Source: an uncultured bacterium
GTDB lineage: Bacteria; Chloroflexota; UBA5177; JANWHV01
Reading direction: 5' to 3'
Length of the DNA: 64,000 nucleotides
Assembly (NCBI GenBank): GCA_963827235.1
Contig: CAWHAE010000012.1
Span: 1,344,001-1,408,000 of the forward strand
Part shown: positions 63,394 through 64,000 of the stretch, one piece after another
Layout: every line of letters starts with the position of its first letter
How positions within the stretch are numbered: the first letter of the stretch is position 1
Notes under the pieces: generated by a model
Database searches by the model: none
What the model saw: the letters and a program-made list of their open reading frames with translations, nothing else
What the model was told of the DNA's origin: nothing
Position numbers and translations under genes: made by a program

Positions 63394-64000
63394 ATGCCGG
63401 AGCCTGACCGGTTCGAACCCTTCGATCGCCTCAATGGCTGGGTCATGGCAGCCCGTCCTGCCACGCTTCCCGCTGCCGTGGTGCCAGTCCTGGTCGGCAC
63501 CACGATGTCCATCGCCGGCAGGCATCTCCATCCGCTCGTCTTCCTCGCTACGCTAGTGGGATCATTGCTGATCCAGATCGGCACGAACTTTGCCAACGAC
63601 TACTTCGACTTCCAGAAGGGAGCGGATACCGGCGAGCGGCTCGGACCGACCCGCGTCACGCAGAGCGGCATCTTCACGCCCTATCAGGTGATGATGGCCA
63701 CGCTCGTGGCCTTTGGTCTCGCCATGATCGACGGCCTCTACCTGGTTTCCGTGGGCGGTCTGCCGATCGTGCTGGTGGGCCTGTTCGCCATCGCCTGCGG
63801 GGTCGCCTACACCGGCGGCCCGTTCCCGCTGGGCTATCATGGGCTTGGCGACCTCTTCTGCTTCATCTTCTTCGGCCTGGTAGCGGTCGACGGTACGTAT
63901 TACCTGCAGACCGGATCCATGAGTGCCGCTGCCCTGATCGCCGCGGTACCCGTGGGACTGCTGTGCACGAATATTCTGGTAGTCAACAACCTGCGCGACA
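63394..64000 (+). CDS. menA: 1,4-dihydroxy-2-naphthoate prenyltransferase, 3' partial
   Basis: Hand translation: [60 protein letters not shown]. Confidence 0.93.
   Translation, partial: MPEPDRFEPFDRLNGWVMAARPATLPAAVVPVLVGTTMSIAGRHLHPLVFLATLVGSLLIQIGTNFANDYFDFQKGADTGERLGPTRVTQSGIFTPYQVMMATLVAFGLAMIDGLYLVSVGGLPIVLVGLFAIACGVAYTGGPFPLGYHGLGDLFCFIFFGLVAVDGTYYLQTGSMSAAALIAAVPVGLLCTNILVVNNLRD

Noticed and set aside
1-64000. tRNA, rRNA, riboswitch or CRISPR array
   Set aside because: None recognised by eye; a covariance-model scan would be needed to exclude small structured RNAs

Overview
High-GC bacterial window, probably Chloroflexota (inferred from a YFPxTxH/QYFE(N/R) repeat domain and GAAC-N4-GTTC SOS boxes). 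1-31.8 kb holds metabolic and transport genes: MFS transporters, a LacI-controlled sugar ABC/GH151/GH29 fucosidase cluster, aldo-keto reductases, osmC, chrA, mscL and tetR-menG. Several of these carry single-base frameshifts. 31.9-44.2 kb is an island bounded by a ~105-bp duplication of the 3' end of a chloramphenicol-phosphotransferase-like gene. It contains a decayed helicase/SNF2/methylase-kinase defence operon, AAA+DUF4276, a permuted DUF5131 gene, toxin-antitoxin pairs and a tyrosine recombinase. 45.9-54.2 kb is a putative defence locus (Rad50/SMC-like ABC ATPase, wHTH-like protein, PD-(D/E)xK nuclease, convergent N4-C methyltransferase). Its ATPase is interrupted by a 3261-bp large-serine-recombinase element flanked by GAA. 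Key observation: the first gene of that element has its RBS and ATG at the opposite (right) end, so it is complete only on the excised circle, and the same excision restores the host ATPase frame. 54.5-64 kb holds menF-menD-menH-menB, a PAS kinase, pepF and partial menA. No rRNA, tRNA or CRISPR array was seen. All family assignments come from motif recognition, not database searches.
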